Assembly: GCA_043815085.1 (NCBI GenBank) | Contig: JBDRJG010000001.1 | Location: 1,594 to 65,593 of the forward strand | From: Candidatus Iainarchaeum sp. | Lineage (GTDB): Archaea > Nanobdellota > Nanobdellia > Pacearchaeales > GW2011-AR1 | Direction: 5' to 3' | Length of the DNA stretch: 64,000 nt | Shown here: piece after piece, positions 35,327 to 45,025 of the stretch | Layout of the letters: each line of letters opens with the position of its first letter | Position numbering within the stretch: position 1 is the stretch's first letter | The notes under the pieces: model-generated | Told to the model about the DNA's origin: nothing | Seen by the model: the letters and a program-made list of their open reading frames with translations, nothing else | Databases searched by the model: none | Program-made: the position numbers and the translations under genes

Positions 35327-38173
35327 ATGGAAAAGGATGAAGGAATAAAAAAATATTTTTTAAAAAATAATTATAATCTTGTTTTTTCAATTTTGGCTTT
35401 TATTGCTATGTTGTTTTTTATAGCCAGTGTTTCAAAAATAGATCTTAAAATTGGAATATTAACCCAAACAGTTGGATTATTTTCTTCAAGTATGTGGTTT
35501 TTACTTTTATTATCTTTAGTAATTTCTTCTGCTCTTTCTTATTTTGAAAAATACAAATGGATAGCTCTTCCTGTTTTTATCTGGCTCTTAATCTTCACGG
35601 CCCAGTTTAGGACTGCTAATATCTCTCAATTAATTGATATTACAACAGGAAATTATACTCTTGGCCCAGATTTGGATCCTTTCCTGTATCTAAGACTTGC
35701 TGAAGACATAAATCAGGGGATTGTTCCAAGTGTAGATTGCATGAGATATGCTCCAATCTGCTCAAATAATTATGCAAAACAAAGTTTAATGCCTTGGGTA
35801 ATTGTTGGATTTTATAAAATAATATCTCTTTTTAAAGAAGCAACTCTTACATATGCTGCGATTATAACTCCAGTAATCTTATTTCTAATTTCCCTCATAG
35901 GATTTTTCCTCTTTGTGAAAACAATTTTCTCTTTCAAAACAGACAAAATAAAATCCTCTGTAATTGCGTTGATTGCAAGCTTTTTCTATGCGGTCTCTCC
36001 TGCAATGCTGCATAGAACAACAGGGGGAATTCCAGAAATAGAAAGTTTGGGCATGGCTTTCTTTTGGTTTGCAATGTTGTTCTTCAGTTTAGCTTGGAAA
36101 AGTGAAAAAAAGAATAAATGGATAATCTTTGGAATAATTGCAGCATTATTCACAGAATTAATGTCTTTTTCCTGGGGGGGATATAGGTACCTCTATCTGA
36201 TATTCTCTCTGACGGCCTTTGTAATATTTTTCTTAGAAAAAGATATTAAAAAAAATATTATCATATTTTCTTCGTGGTTTATACCTGCAGTAATAATTGA
36301 AATTATAAAATCCAAGGGCATCCAAGGAGTAATAATGAGTATTTCTGGTACAGGAGCTGCTGTAATAATCTTCTTATTATTATTCTTACAAGCTATATTT
36401 ATAAAATTCAAATTAGGAAATAGGTTTAAAAAAATAAATATTCCAAACAACTTAAAAATATTGATTTTAGCAATTATCCTTGGAATAGTGGGTTTATTGG
36501 TTATAAATCCCAAATTACTAATAGATCTCCCTTCCACAATAATTAGGGGACTTTTATCTCCTTTTGGAAGTGCAAGAGTAAGTTTAACTGTTGCTGAGAA
36601 TAGTTCTCCCTATTTTCCTGCAGTAATCTCTCAATTTGGATATATTCTCTGGGCATTTTTAATTTCAACTGTTATTCTATTCTACGAATCAGTAAAACAC
36701 TTTGAGAAAAAAGATAAAGTAAAATTAATTTCATCTTTCATTATTTTTATTTCCTGTATTTCTTTTACAAGAATCTCTTCAACTAGCATGTTAAATGGTG
36801 AAAATGCAATTTCCAAATTTATATTTTTTGCAGGATTTATAATCTTTGCATTAACTATTCTAAATGTGTATGTAAAATCTTATAAAAAGGGGGAAGATTT
36901 AGAAGTATTCAAGAAAATAGATTTTTCTTACATTTTACTCTTAACATTTTCTTTTTGGGCAATAATCTCAATGAGGGGGGCTGTAAGATTATTCTTTATA
37001 GTTTCTCCAATGATAATTCTTGTGGCTTCTGTGCTTCCAGTAAGGTTATACGAAATAAGAAAAAGGTCAAGAGATGATTTACTTAAACTAATTATAATTA
37101 TATTATTAGTTATAGTGACTTTAATCTTCCTCTACACTTTTATTCAATATACTTCTTCTGTGGTATATGAAGCAAAATCAACTGTTCCTGGCATCTACGA
37201 ACAGCAATGGCAAAATGCAATGTCTTGGGTAAGAGAAAATACTGCAATTGGTTCTATTTTTGTTCATTGGTGGGATTATGGATATTGGGTTCAAACAATC
37301 GGAGAAAGACCAACTGTAACAGACGGGGGGCATTTCACTGCTTATTGGGACCACCTAATAGGAAGGTACTTGCTGACAACTCCTTCTCCTGAAACAGCAT
37401 TGAGTTTTATGAAAGCTCACAATGTTTCATATTTGCTTATTGATTCTACAGATTTAGGAAAGTATACTGCATATAGCAGCATAGGAAATGATGAATCAGG
37501 AGGGGATAGATATTCTTGGCTGCCTATAATGCAATCAAGCCCTTCACAAATACAAGAAACACAAAATGGAACAATAAAAATATATTCTGGAGGATTTGGA
37601 CTTGATGAAGATATTATATATGAAAAAGATGGAAAAGAAAATTTATTGTCAAAATCAAAAACAGGTTTGGGGGGGGTAGTTCTAGAATATGTGGGCAATT
37701 CAATAAACCAACCAGAAGGAGTTTTTATACAAAATGGAAATCAAATAAGACTTCCATTAAGATATGCCTATTATAATAAAAATCTTTATGATTTTAAAGA
37801 AGGAATTGAAGCAACAGTAATGATACTTCCTTCCATGACAAATGATGCAACTTCAGGAGTAAAGATTGATTATACAGGAGCAATGATTTATTTATCTAAT
37901 AAAACTAGAAACGGTTTATTTGCACAACTATATCTTATGGATGATTCTCTAAAACAATATCCAACTGTAAAAATTTCACATGTTGAACAGGATGTTATAA
38001 TCGATTATCTTAATGCTCAAGGAGCAAATCTAGAGTTTGTATATTACGGGGGATTTAGAGGGCCTATTAAAATATGGGAAGTGAATTATCCTGAGAACAT
38101 AATTGCAAAAGAGGAATTTCTAAGAATGTCTGGAAAATACGCTGAATTTGATAACCTCACTTTTGTAAAATGA
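35327..38173 (+). CDS. aglB: archaeal oligosaccharyltransferase AglB (STT3 family)
   Basis: 948 aa. Roughly 13 N-terminal TM helices plus a C-terminal soluble domain. The diagnostic WWDYGYW motif is present (VHWWDYGYWVQTIG). Confidence 0.85.
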   Translation: MEKDEGIKKYFLKNNYNLVFSILAFIAMLFFIASVSKIDLKIGILTQTVGLFSSSMWFLLLLSLVISSALSYFEKYKWIALPVFIWLLIFTAQFRTANISQLIDITTGNYTLGPDLDPFLYLRLAEDINQGIVPSVDCMRYAPICSNNYAKQSLMPWVIVGFYKIISLFKEATLTYAAIITPVILFLISLIGFFLFVKTIFSFKTDKIKSSVIALIASFFYAVSPAMLHRTTGGIPEIESLGMAFFWFAMLFFSLAWKSEKKNKWIIFGIIAALFTELMSFSWGGYRYLYLIFSLTAFVIFFLEKDIKKNIIIFSSWFIPAVIIEIIKSKGIQGVIMSISGTGAAVIIFLLLFLQAIFIKFKLGNRFKKINIPNNLKILILAIILGIVGLLVINPKLLIDLPSTIIRGLLSPFGSARVSLTVAENSSPYFPAVISQFGYILWAFLISTVILFYESVKHFEKKDKVKLISSFIIFISCISFTRISSTSMLNGENAISKFIFFAGFIIFALTILNVYVKSYKKGEDLEVFKKIDFSYILLLTFSFWAIISMRGAVRLFFIVSPMIILVASVLPVRLYEIRKRSRDDLLKLIIIILLVIVTLIFLYTFIQYTSSVVYEAKSTVPGIYEQQWQNAMSWVRENTAIGSIFVHWWDYGYWVQTIGERPTVTDGGHFTAYWDHLIGRYLLTTPSPETALSFMKAHNVSYLLIDSTDLGKYTAYSSIGNDESGGDRYSWLPIMQSSPSQIQETQNGTIKIYSGGFGLDEDIIYEKDGKENLLSKSKTGLGGVVLEYVGNSINQPEGVFIQNGNQIRLPLRYAYYNKNLYDFKEGIEATVMILPSMTNDATSGVKIDYTGAMIYLSNKTRNGLFAQLYLMDDSLKQYPTVKISHVEQDVIIDYLNAQGANLEFVYYGGFRGPIKIWEVNYPENIIAKEEFLRMSGKYAEFDNLTFVK

Positions 38174-38964
38174 ACAAATTTATTGAATCATTAAAATATG
38201 TAACCCTCTTATTCCAAATAAATGGAAATAGAATTAAATATATAAAATCAGTTATTGCATATAAATTAACAAAACACCCAAAGGCAATAACATTTCCAGA
38301 AATGGTGATTAGATTATATAATGTTAAGCTAATTGCTCGGAAAAATACACAAGATTCAGCTATTTTATCTACTCTTTATGAAAGAGGACTAACAAAGTAT
38401 TTATTAAATAAAAAGCCAAGTTTTTTTGTTGATGTTGGGTCACATATAGGAAGATTCTCAATTTTATTAGCTAAAAATGGTTCAAATGTGCTTGCTATTG
38501 AACCAAGTTCAAGCAACTATAAACAATTATATAAAAATATCCTATTCAATAATTTAAACAATATAGAAATATTAAATATGGGATGTTCGAATAGAGAAGG
38601 AATAGGAAAATTAGCAATGACAAAAGGATATACAGGAAATAATACTTTTTTGGAAAGAAAGGGCAAGAATATAGAGAAAGTAAAATTAAGAAAGTTGGAT
38701 AATCTTATAAATAAAAAGATGGACAATAAAGACATAATAAAAATAGATGTAGAGGGCTTTGAAATAAGGGTGTTAAAAGGTATGGAAAAGATATTGAAAA
38801 CACAGAGCCCAATAATTATAACTGAAATTCTTTGTGATAAAGATAAAAAAGAAATTAATGATTTTCTAAATAAGTTTAATTATTATAACACTAAAATTTT
38901 AGATGAAAGGAATTTTGTTTTTGAGAAAGTAATGGAAAAAACAATATTTCTTAAATTAAAATAA
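38170..38964 (+). CDS. FkbM-family SAM-dependent methyltransferase
   Basis: 264 aa. FVDVGSHIGRFSILLAKNGSNVLAIEPSSSNYKQL is the FkbM family motif. Confidence 0.7.
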   Translation: MNKFIESLKYVTLLFQINGNRIKYIKSVIAYKLTKHPKAITFPEMVIRLYNVKLIARKNTQDSAILSTLYERGLTKYLLNKKPSFFVDVGSHIGRFSILLAKNGSNVLAIEPSSSNYKQLYKNILFNNLNNIEILNMGCSNREGIGKLAMTKGYTGNNTFLERKGKNIEKVKLRKLDNLINKKMDNKDIIKIDVEGFEIRVLKGMEKILKTQSPIIITEILCDKDKKEINDFLNKFNYYNTKILDERNFVFEKVMEKTIFLKLK

Positions 38965-38977
38965 TTAAAGGAAAAAA

Positions 38978-40141
38978 ATGAAACTAAAAGAAAGAAAGCT
39001 CAAGATAGCATTATTTTATCCTTGGATAAAGAGCAGGGGGGGGGCGGAAAAAGTATTACTTGAAATTATGAAAATTAAAGATTTTAATTTTGATTTATAT
39101 ACTTGGGTTTATGATGAAAAAGATTCTTTCAAGGAATTTAAAAACTTGAAAATTAATGTAATCGGTTCAAATATTTTAAGAAAACTTTCCAAAATGAAAC
39201 TTTTGAGAGGATTATTCCTTCCATTTAGTTTATTTTCAAAAATCCCTCTTGAAAAATATGATTATTTTTTGATTTATACTTCTGGCACAGGAGAGTTTAT
39301 TACTTTTAGAAATTACAAGAAAGGAAAAACAATAGGATATGTGAATACAATTCTTAGAGATGCCTACCCTGAAATTGTAAAATGGAATATGAAAAATATA
39401 TATAAAAATGTATTTTCAAGGATTATTTACCTTGCATCTGTTAAAATCTACAGATTTTTTGAAAAAATAGCCTGGAAGAGGATTGACTTTCCAATATTTA
39501 TATCGGAAGAGGGTTTTAAAAGAGCTGAAAAACAAGGGCTTTTAAAAAATAAAAAAGCAAAAGTTATTTATGTTCCCGTTGATACATCTAACTTTCTTAA
39601 ACTTCCTTCAAACAAGGGAAGTTTTTTTCTTTATGTATCTCGATTCAATCCTCCAAAAAGGCAGGATTTATTAATAAAAGCCTGGATAAAGTTTTCTAAA
39701 AAATACCCTAATGAAAAATTAATTCTTTCAGGAGGCTTGGAAAATAAAAAATATTTTGAATATATAAAAAAGCTTTCAGAAAGTGCAAAAAATATTGATA
39801 TAAAAGAAGGATTGGACAACGAGAAAATTTTAAAATTATATGGAAAATCTAAGGCAGTAATATTTGTTCCCTTCTTGGAAGATTTTGGAATTGTTCCCTT
39901 TGAAGCATTGGCAACTGGAAAGCCAATTATTGCAGTTGACAAGGGGGGATATGTTGATTTAATAAAAGGCATACCCCAATATTATCCTATTAAAGAAGCG
40001 GAAAATGAAGATTTATTTGTTGAAAATATAGCAAACTCCTTAAAGAAATTTATGAAGTCAAATATAAAACCAAAAAAAATAAATATAAAAAATATAAGCC
40101 CGCAAAATTTTAAAAAGGATATTATGAAAGTATTTAGATGA
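38978..40141 (+). CDS. glycosyltransferase family 1 (GT4-like, GT-B fold)
   Basis: 387 aa. The C-terminal EX7E-type region is FGIVPFEALATGKPIIAVDKGG. Confidence 0.7.
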   Translation: MKLKERKLKIALFYPWIKSRGGAEKVLLEIMKIKDFNFDLYTWVYDEKDSFKEFKNLKINVIGSNILRKLSKMKLLRGLFLPFSLFSKIPLEKYDYFLIYTSGTGEFITFRNYKKGKTIGYVNTILRDAYPEIVKWNMKNIYKNVFSRIIYLASVKIYRFFEKIAWKRIDFPIFISEEGFKRAEKQGLLKNKKAKVIYVPVDTSNFLKLPSNKGSFFLYVSRFNPPKRQDLLIKAWIKFSKKYPNEKLILSGGLENKKYFEYIKKLSESAKNIDIKEGLDNEKILKLYGKSKAVIFVPFLEDFGIVPFEALATGKPIIAVDKGGYVDLIKGIPQYYPIKEAENEDLFVENIANSLKKFMKSNIKPKKINIKNISPQNFKKDIMKVFR

Positions 40142-40764
40142 AAAAAATAGATTATACTGCTTTTTTGAAGTGGGAAAATAAATTAAAGAAGAAAGATGTT
40201 CTTTTGGATATTGGCTGCTGGACAGGGATTAACACTGCAAGATTTAATAAAAAATGTGATGCTTGGGGCATGGACATAGACCGAGATAAATTAAACTCTG
40301 CCAATCCAAATATAAAAAACAATCTTAAATACGGAGATGTTACTCAGAAAATACCCTTTACGCAAAAATTTGACTATTGCATTCTGTCGGAGGTTTTAGA
40401 GCATCTAGATAATGATCAGCAGGCATTGGATAACATAAATCAGTGTCTAAAATATAAAGGAAAACTTATCTTGACAACTCCTCGCCAAATCAATTATTTA
40501 GAATTTTGGGATCCGGCATGGATTCGATGGAAACTTGGAATAGGCGGAAAACATAGGCATTATTCAATAGAAGATTTGAATAGACTTCTTTCTCAAAACG
40601 GATTTAAAATAGAAACTTATGCTATTGGATTCGGGTTGGATTTTATATTGACAAGATGGGCAAATATATTTCTTAAACATATTCTACAATCTAAAAAAAT
40701 CATTAAAGGAAAAGTTAAAAATGGTTATTTTGATTTATGTATTATTGCCAAAAAGATAAAATGA
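40138..40764 (+). CDS. class I SAM-dependent methyltransferase
   Basis: 208 aa. VLLDIGCWTGINTARF is motif I. LSEVLEHLDND is the post-II motif. Confidence 0.65.
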   Translation: MKKIDYTAFLKWENKLKKKDVLLDIGCWTGINTARFNKKCDAWGMDIDRDKLNSANPNIKNNLKYGDVTQKIPFTQKFDYCILSEVLEHLDNDQQALDNINQCLKYKGKLILTTPRQINYLEFWDPAWIRWKLGIGGKHRHYSIEDLNRLLSQNGFKIETYAIGFGLDFILTRWANIFLKHILQSKKIIKGKVKNGYFDLCIIAKKIK

Positions 40765-41873
40765 AAAAGATAAAAGTTTATTTACAATATCCCTGGAAAT
40801 TTCCAGATAGCCCCTATTACAAGTACTTAATTGATAATCCCCCAAATAATATAGAATTTTTAAATGTGGAAAATCAGAAAGGGGCAATGACTTCTCTTAA
40901 AAAATTTTTTCTTTCTAATTTTTTAAAAAGAAATATAAGAAAATATTTAACAAAATTTCGTATGGCTGTATTAAATGCCCATTTAACTAAAACCAATAAA
41001 AAGTATGATTTAATCCAGTGTGCACATTGTTTGAGTCTGAATAAATCTCCTTGGATTGCTGATATTGAATGTGGATGGCAATTTTTTGTTGGAAAAGAAA
41101 ATAAAAGAGTTAAAAAAAAGGCAAAAAAAATAATTTTGGCAAATAATTGTAAGAAACTATTGGCTTGGACTGAAGAAACCAAAAGAGAAATGATTAATAT
41201 ACTTCCAGAAATAAGAGACAAAATTGAGATAGTTTATCCCACTGTTCCTTCACAAGATATTAAAAAGAAAAGACATGAGGGAATAAATCTTGTCTTTGTT
41301 GCTAGATATTTTGATCAGAAAGGAGGATATCATGCATTAGAAGTTATGAAAAGATTAACAAACAAATATAATAATGTGAATGGCATAATTGTTTCAACAG
41401 TTCCAGAGGAAATTATAAAAGAGAATAGTAAGAATAAAAAATTAAGATTTTATCCCTTGATGCCCCAAAAAGAAGTATTTGAAAGGGTTTATTCGATTGC
41501 CGATATTTTAATTTATCCGGGTTATGCTGATTCTTTTGGGTTCGGAATGCTTGAATCAATGTCTTTTGGAATTCCAATTATAACTGTAAATGGTTATTCG
41601 AGAAAAGAATTAATAACTGGGGGGAAAACAGGTTTTGTAATTGATTTCCCACAAGGAGCTAAAAATTCATATAGCTTTGATTGGAAAAAAATAGATAACC
41701 TGGGGGAACAAATTATTGCTGAGATGGTTAAAAAAGCATCATTTTTAATTGAAAATAAAAAACTCAGAGAAAAAATGTCTAAAAACTGTCTCAAGGAAAT
41801 TGAGTCTGGAAGATTCTCTATAAAAGAGAGAGATAAAAAATTAAAAAGAATTTATGGGGAAGCGTTAAATTAA
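40737..41873 (+). CDS. glycosyltransferase family 1 (GT-B)
   Basis: 378 aa. FGFGMLESMSFGIPIITVNGYSRKELITGGKTGFVID. Confidence 0.7.
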   Translation: MYYCQKDKMKKIKVYLQYPWKFPDSPYYKYLIDNPPNNIEFLNVENQKGAMTSLKKFFLSNFLKRNIRKYLTKFRMAVLNAHLTKTNKKYDLIQCAHCLSLNKSPWIADIECGWQFFVGKENKRVKKKAKKIILANNCKKLLAWTEETKREMINILPEIRDKIEIVYPTVPSQDIKKKRHEGINLVFVARYFDQKGGYHALEVMKRLTNKYNNVNGIIVSTVPEEIIKENSKNKKLRFYPLMPQKEVFERVYSIADILIYPGYADSFGFGMLESMSFGIPIITVNGYSRKELITGGKTGFVIDFPQGAKNSYSFDWKKIDNLGEQIIAEMVKKASFLIENKKLREKMSKNCLKEIESGRFSIKERDKKLKRIYGEALN

Positions 41874-41876
41874 ACG

Positions 41877-42461
41877 ATGATAAGAATACTAAAGGAATTT
41901 AATAACTATCTACAAAAAAATTATAAATTCGGTTTTGTAAACCATTATCCATTTAGAACTTCAATCTATATAGCCAAAGAACATTTTAAGAGAGAACAGA
42001 TAATCGCTGTGGAGATAGGTACGTTTAAGGGACAAAATGCACTTAATATATTACAACAATTAAATATAAAGAGGATATACTTAATTGACCCTTATTCTAA
42101 ATATGAAGCTTATAAAAAAGATCCTTCTGGAAAGAATGTTGATAAAAACAGAGAGATTGCGAAGAAAAGATTAAAGAAATACGCAAATAAGATTGTGTGG
42201 GTTAGAAAATTTTCAGAGCAAGCAGTTAAAGACATAAAAGAAAAAATTGACTTTATTTATATAGATGGTAATCATGATTATGAGTATGTTAAAGGCGATA
42301 TGGAGAATTATTGGAAAATCTTAAAAGAAGGGGGAATAATGGCTGGACACGATGTTCCCACTGATTCTGTTTTAAAGGCATTTTGTGAATTTATTAATAA
42401 ACATAAACTTGAACCGCATATATGGAACATGGATTGGTGGATATTCAAACATAAAATATGA
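41877..42461 (+). CDS. class I SAM-dependent methyltransferase (Methyltransf_24-like)
   Basis: 194 aa. IAVEIGTFKGQNALNI...IYIDGNHDYEYVKGDMENYWKILKEGGIMAGHDV. Confidence 0.6.
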   Translation: MIRILKEFNNYLQKNYKFGFVNHYPFRTSIYIAKEHFKREQIIAVEIGTFKGQNALNILQQLNIKRIYLIDPYSKYEAYKKDPSGKNVDKNREIAKKRLKKYANKIVWVRKFSEQAVKDIKEKIDFIYIDGNHDYEYVKGDMENYWKILKEGGIMAGHDVPTDSVLKAFCEFINKHKLEPHIWNMDWWIFKHKI

Positions 42462-42479
42462 ATTTGGGAATATTCAAAT

Positions 42480-43430
42480 TTAAATTAAAAAGAATCTGAA
42501 TTTTATTGCACCTCTCCAAATAGCAATTCTTTTAACAAACATTGTTAAGGGCAACAGTATTAAAACCAAAATTGTATCTTTTATTTTAAAAGTCCTTCCT
42601 TCAATCAAATATTTTTTTAAGCAGTAAACTGTTCCTGGAAAAAGATAAATCCAAATTAAAATCGAGGGTTTTATAAAAATGCATACAAAAAATAAAATAA
42701 TTGTTAATAACTCCATTGGGAAAGCGATTCTCATAAAAGTGGGTATCTGCTCTTTTATCAGTGGATTATTTTTGTGCTTTTTAAAACACAACGCGTCTCC
42801 AACATATCTTTTTCTTTCAAAAACAAATCTTTTAATTGTAAATCTTGAAGATTTATGAAAGGCTTCTGCTTTTTCATTAAAAGAATGTTTAAAACCTTTT
42901 TCTAAAGCTGTCAAACCAAAATCAGTATCTTCTCTAAAAACAATTATTTTTTCTTCAAATTTACAAACTTTCCCAACTTCTTTCCTAATTCCAAAATTTG
43001 CGGTTAAGAATTTAAGAGAATTAGATGTATTTTCTATTACCCTATCAAATAAGGGCCTATCTTTTGACTCATAAGAAAGTTTCCCTTCAACCATATCTGA
43101 ATTAACTAGTGATTTTTCCATTTCATTTATCCAATTCTCACCAGGATAACAATCTGAATCCATAAAAAGGATATTTTTTCCTTTAGATAACTTCATTCCA
43201 AGATTTCTATTTGCAGGGGCCCCCGGAACTTTTGACCTAAAATATTTTATTCCTTTACTTTTGCAAAATTCTTTTAATTCTAAAGAAAATTCATCTGAAG
43301 ATTTAACATCATTAACCACTAAAATCTCCCTCTCTTTTTTAATTTTATTTCCTAAATAAATTAACAATTTGTCTAAACATCGATATATAGACCTATCATT
43401 CATAACAGGGATAACAATGCTTGTTTTCAT
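42480..43430 (-). CDS. glycosyltransferase family 2 (GT-A) with C-terminal TM segments
   Basis: 316 aa. SIVIPVMNDRS...LFMDSDCYPGENW is the DxD region. Confidence 0.7.
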   Translation of the reverse strand: MKTSIVIPVMNDRSIYRCLDKLLIYLGNKIKKEREILVVNDVKSSDEFSLELKEFCKSKGIKYFRSKVPGAPANRNLGMKLSKGKNILFMDSDCYPGENWINEMEKSLVNSDMVEGKLSYESKDRPLFDRVIENTSNSLKFLTANFGIRKEVGKVCKFEEKIIVFREDTDFGLTALEKGFKHSFNEKAEAFHKSSRFTIKRFVFERKRYVGDALCFKKHKNNPLIKEQIPTFMRIAFPMELLTIILFFVCIFIKPSILIWIYLFPGTVYCLKKYLIEGRTFKIKDTILVLILLPLTMFVKRIAIWRGAIKFRFFLI

Positions 43431-43590
43431 ATTTTATTTAATTAATAATCCTTTTTAAATATAAGGTGTTTTATATTAAAACAATTAAAAAAAATAAATT
43501 TTGTATAATTCTTGATTTTCACCAGGATTTCTTGGAGGAATCAGCCTATATCAAAGAAATTTAATTGAATATTTGAAATGCTTCAAAAAG
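43431..43590 (+). pseudogene. decayed duplicate of the promoter plus first roughly 30 codons of the GT1 gene at 45026
   Basis: 43431-43498 is almost identical to 44971-45025 (TTTATTTAATTAATAA.CTTTTTAAATATAAGGT.TTTTAT(A)TTAAAACAATTAAA). 43519-43590 matches 45052-45120 (ACCAG.ATTTCTTGGAGGAAT.AGCCTATATCAAAGAAATTTAATTGAATATT). The ATG is mutated to AAA and an in-frame stop follows. Confidence 0.6.
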
Positions 43591-43667
43591 AGAAAGGAAA
43601 AATAGTTGAAAAATAGATATTTCTTAACACACAAATTTATTTAAATCTATTTTTAAAAAGAGATAGT

Positions 43668-44939
43668 ATGGAAAAAGAAGGTGGTCTGAAAAAATATTTA
43701 ATTAATCCCCCATCTCCATTTTTAATTGATGAAAAGGTGTTTCCAAATCTAGGTTTGATAAGTTTAGCCACTTCACAAGACTTGGATATTATTGATTTTT
43801 CTGGAGATAAAAATTTTGAAGAAACGGCAAAGAAAATTAATGGTGATTGGTTTGGTTTTTATTCAACAACCCCCCAATTCCCCACGACTTACAAAATTTT
43901 CAAAGAAATTAAAAAGAATAACCCCCATGCAAAATTTGTAATTGGCGGGCCTCATGCTTCTGCGGTTTATAATTTAGATAAAGAAGATATAAACAAAAAA
44001 AGAATAGAAGAGTTTGACTTTATTTTTGTAGGAGAAGCTGAAAAGGAAATTGAATTAAAAAACAAATACAATTTTTCCAAGCTTATTAAAAATATTGATG
44101 AAATAAAGATTCCAAATAGAAATAAAGTAAAAATAGAGGAATACCATTATAATATACTTGGTAAAAAGACCACAACAATTATGACTCAAAGAGGTTGCCC
44201 ATTCCAATGTGTTTTCTGTTCAGGTAGAGAAGTTGAGATGTATAACAAAGTAAGACAACATTCTGCAAATAGAATCCTCGAGGAAATGGATTATTTAAAT
44301 TCTGAATTTGGATATGAAGCTTTTATGTGGTATGACGATGAAATAAATACAAACCCCGGAAGATTGGAAGAGATAGCATATTTACTTAAAAAAAGAAATT
44401 ATATCCATAGAGGATTTGTAAAGAGCGATTTAATTGTAAAAAATCCAAAGAGCCTTGATTATCTAGCAGATATGGGTTTTGTTGAATTGTGTTTTGGGTG
44501 TGAAAGTGGAAGTAACAGAATACTCGAAGCAGTCGGCAAAGGAACAAATTATGATATAAATCTAAAAGCAACTAAATTAATAAAAGAAAGAGGAATGAAA
44601 ACAAAGGTTTTCATGATGGTTGGATTGCCTGATGAAAATTATGAAGACGTTATGCTAACTAAAAAGTGGTTAGAAGAAGCTAAACCCGATGATTTTGATA
44701 TTACCATCCTTAATCCTTATCCTGGCTCAAAAATATATAATCTTGCAAAGCCTACAAAAGAATTAAATGGATATAATTTTGAGTATAATGGTTTGTTCTT
44801 TAATAAGATAGATTTCGCAAAGGATGATTCTTTTTATAAAGGAAAGATTGGAGAGTATCCTTGTTCTGTGAGGACAAAAAGTTTGACATCAGAAGAGATA
44901 GTTAATCTAAGAGAAAATATTGAAAAAGATTTAAAATGA
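43668..44939 (+). CDS. B12-binding domain radical SAM protein (class B)
   Basis: 423 aa. N-terminal cobalamin-binding Rossmann-like domain. CxxxCxxC (MTQRGCPFQCVFCSG). Confidence 0.75.
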   Translation: MEKEGGLKKYLINPPSPFLIDEKVFPNLGLISLATSQDLDIIDFSGDKNFEETAKKINGDWFGFYSTTPQFPTTYKIFKEIKKNNPHAKFVIGGPHASAVYNLDKEDINKKRIEEFDFIFVGEAEKEIELKNKYNFSKLIKNIDEIKIPNRNKVKIEEYHYNILGKKTTTIMTQRGCPFQCVFCSGREVEMYNKVRQHSANRILEEMDYLNSEFGYEAFMWYDDEINTNPGRLEEIAYLLKKRNYIHRGFVKSDLIVKNPKSLDYLADMGFVELCFGCESGSNRILEAVGKGTNYDINLKATKLIKERGMKTKVFMMVGLPDENYEDVMLTKKWLEEAKPDDFDITILNPYPGSKIYNLAKPTKELNGYNFEYNGLFFNKIDFAKDDSFYKGKIGEYPCSVRTKSLTSEEIVNLRENIEKDLK

Positions 44940-45025
44940 TTAATTTGTGGAGACAATGTATTTTTTATATTTTATTTAATTAATAAATCTTTTTAAATAT
45001 AAGGTATTTTATTAAAACAATTAAA

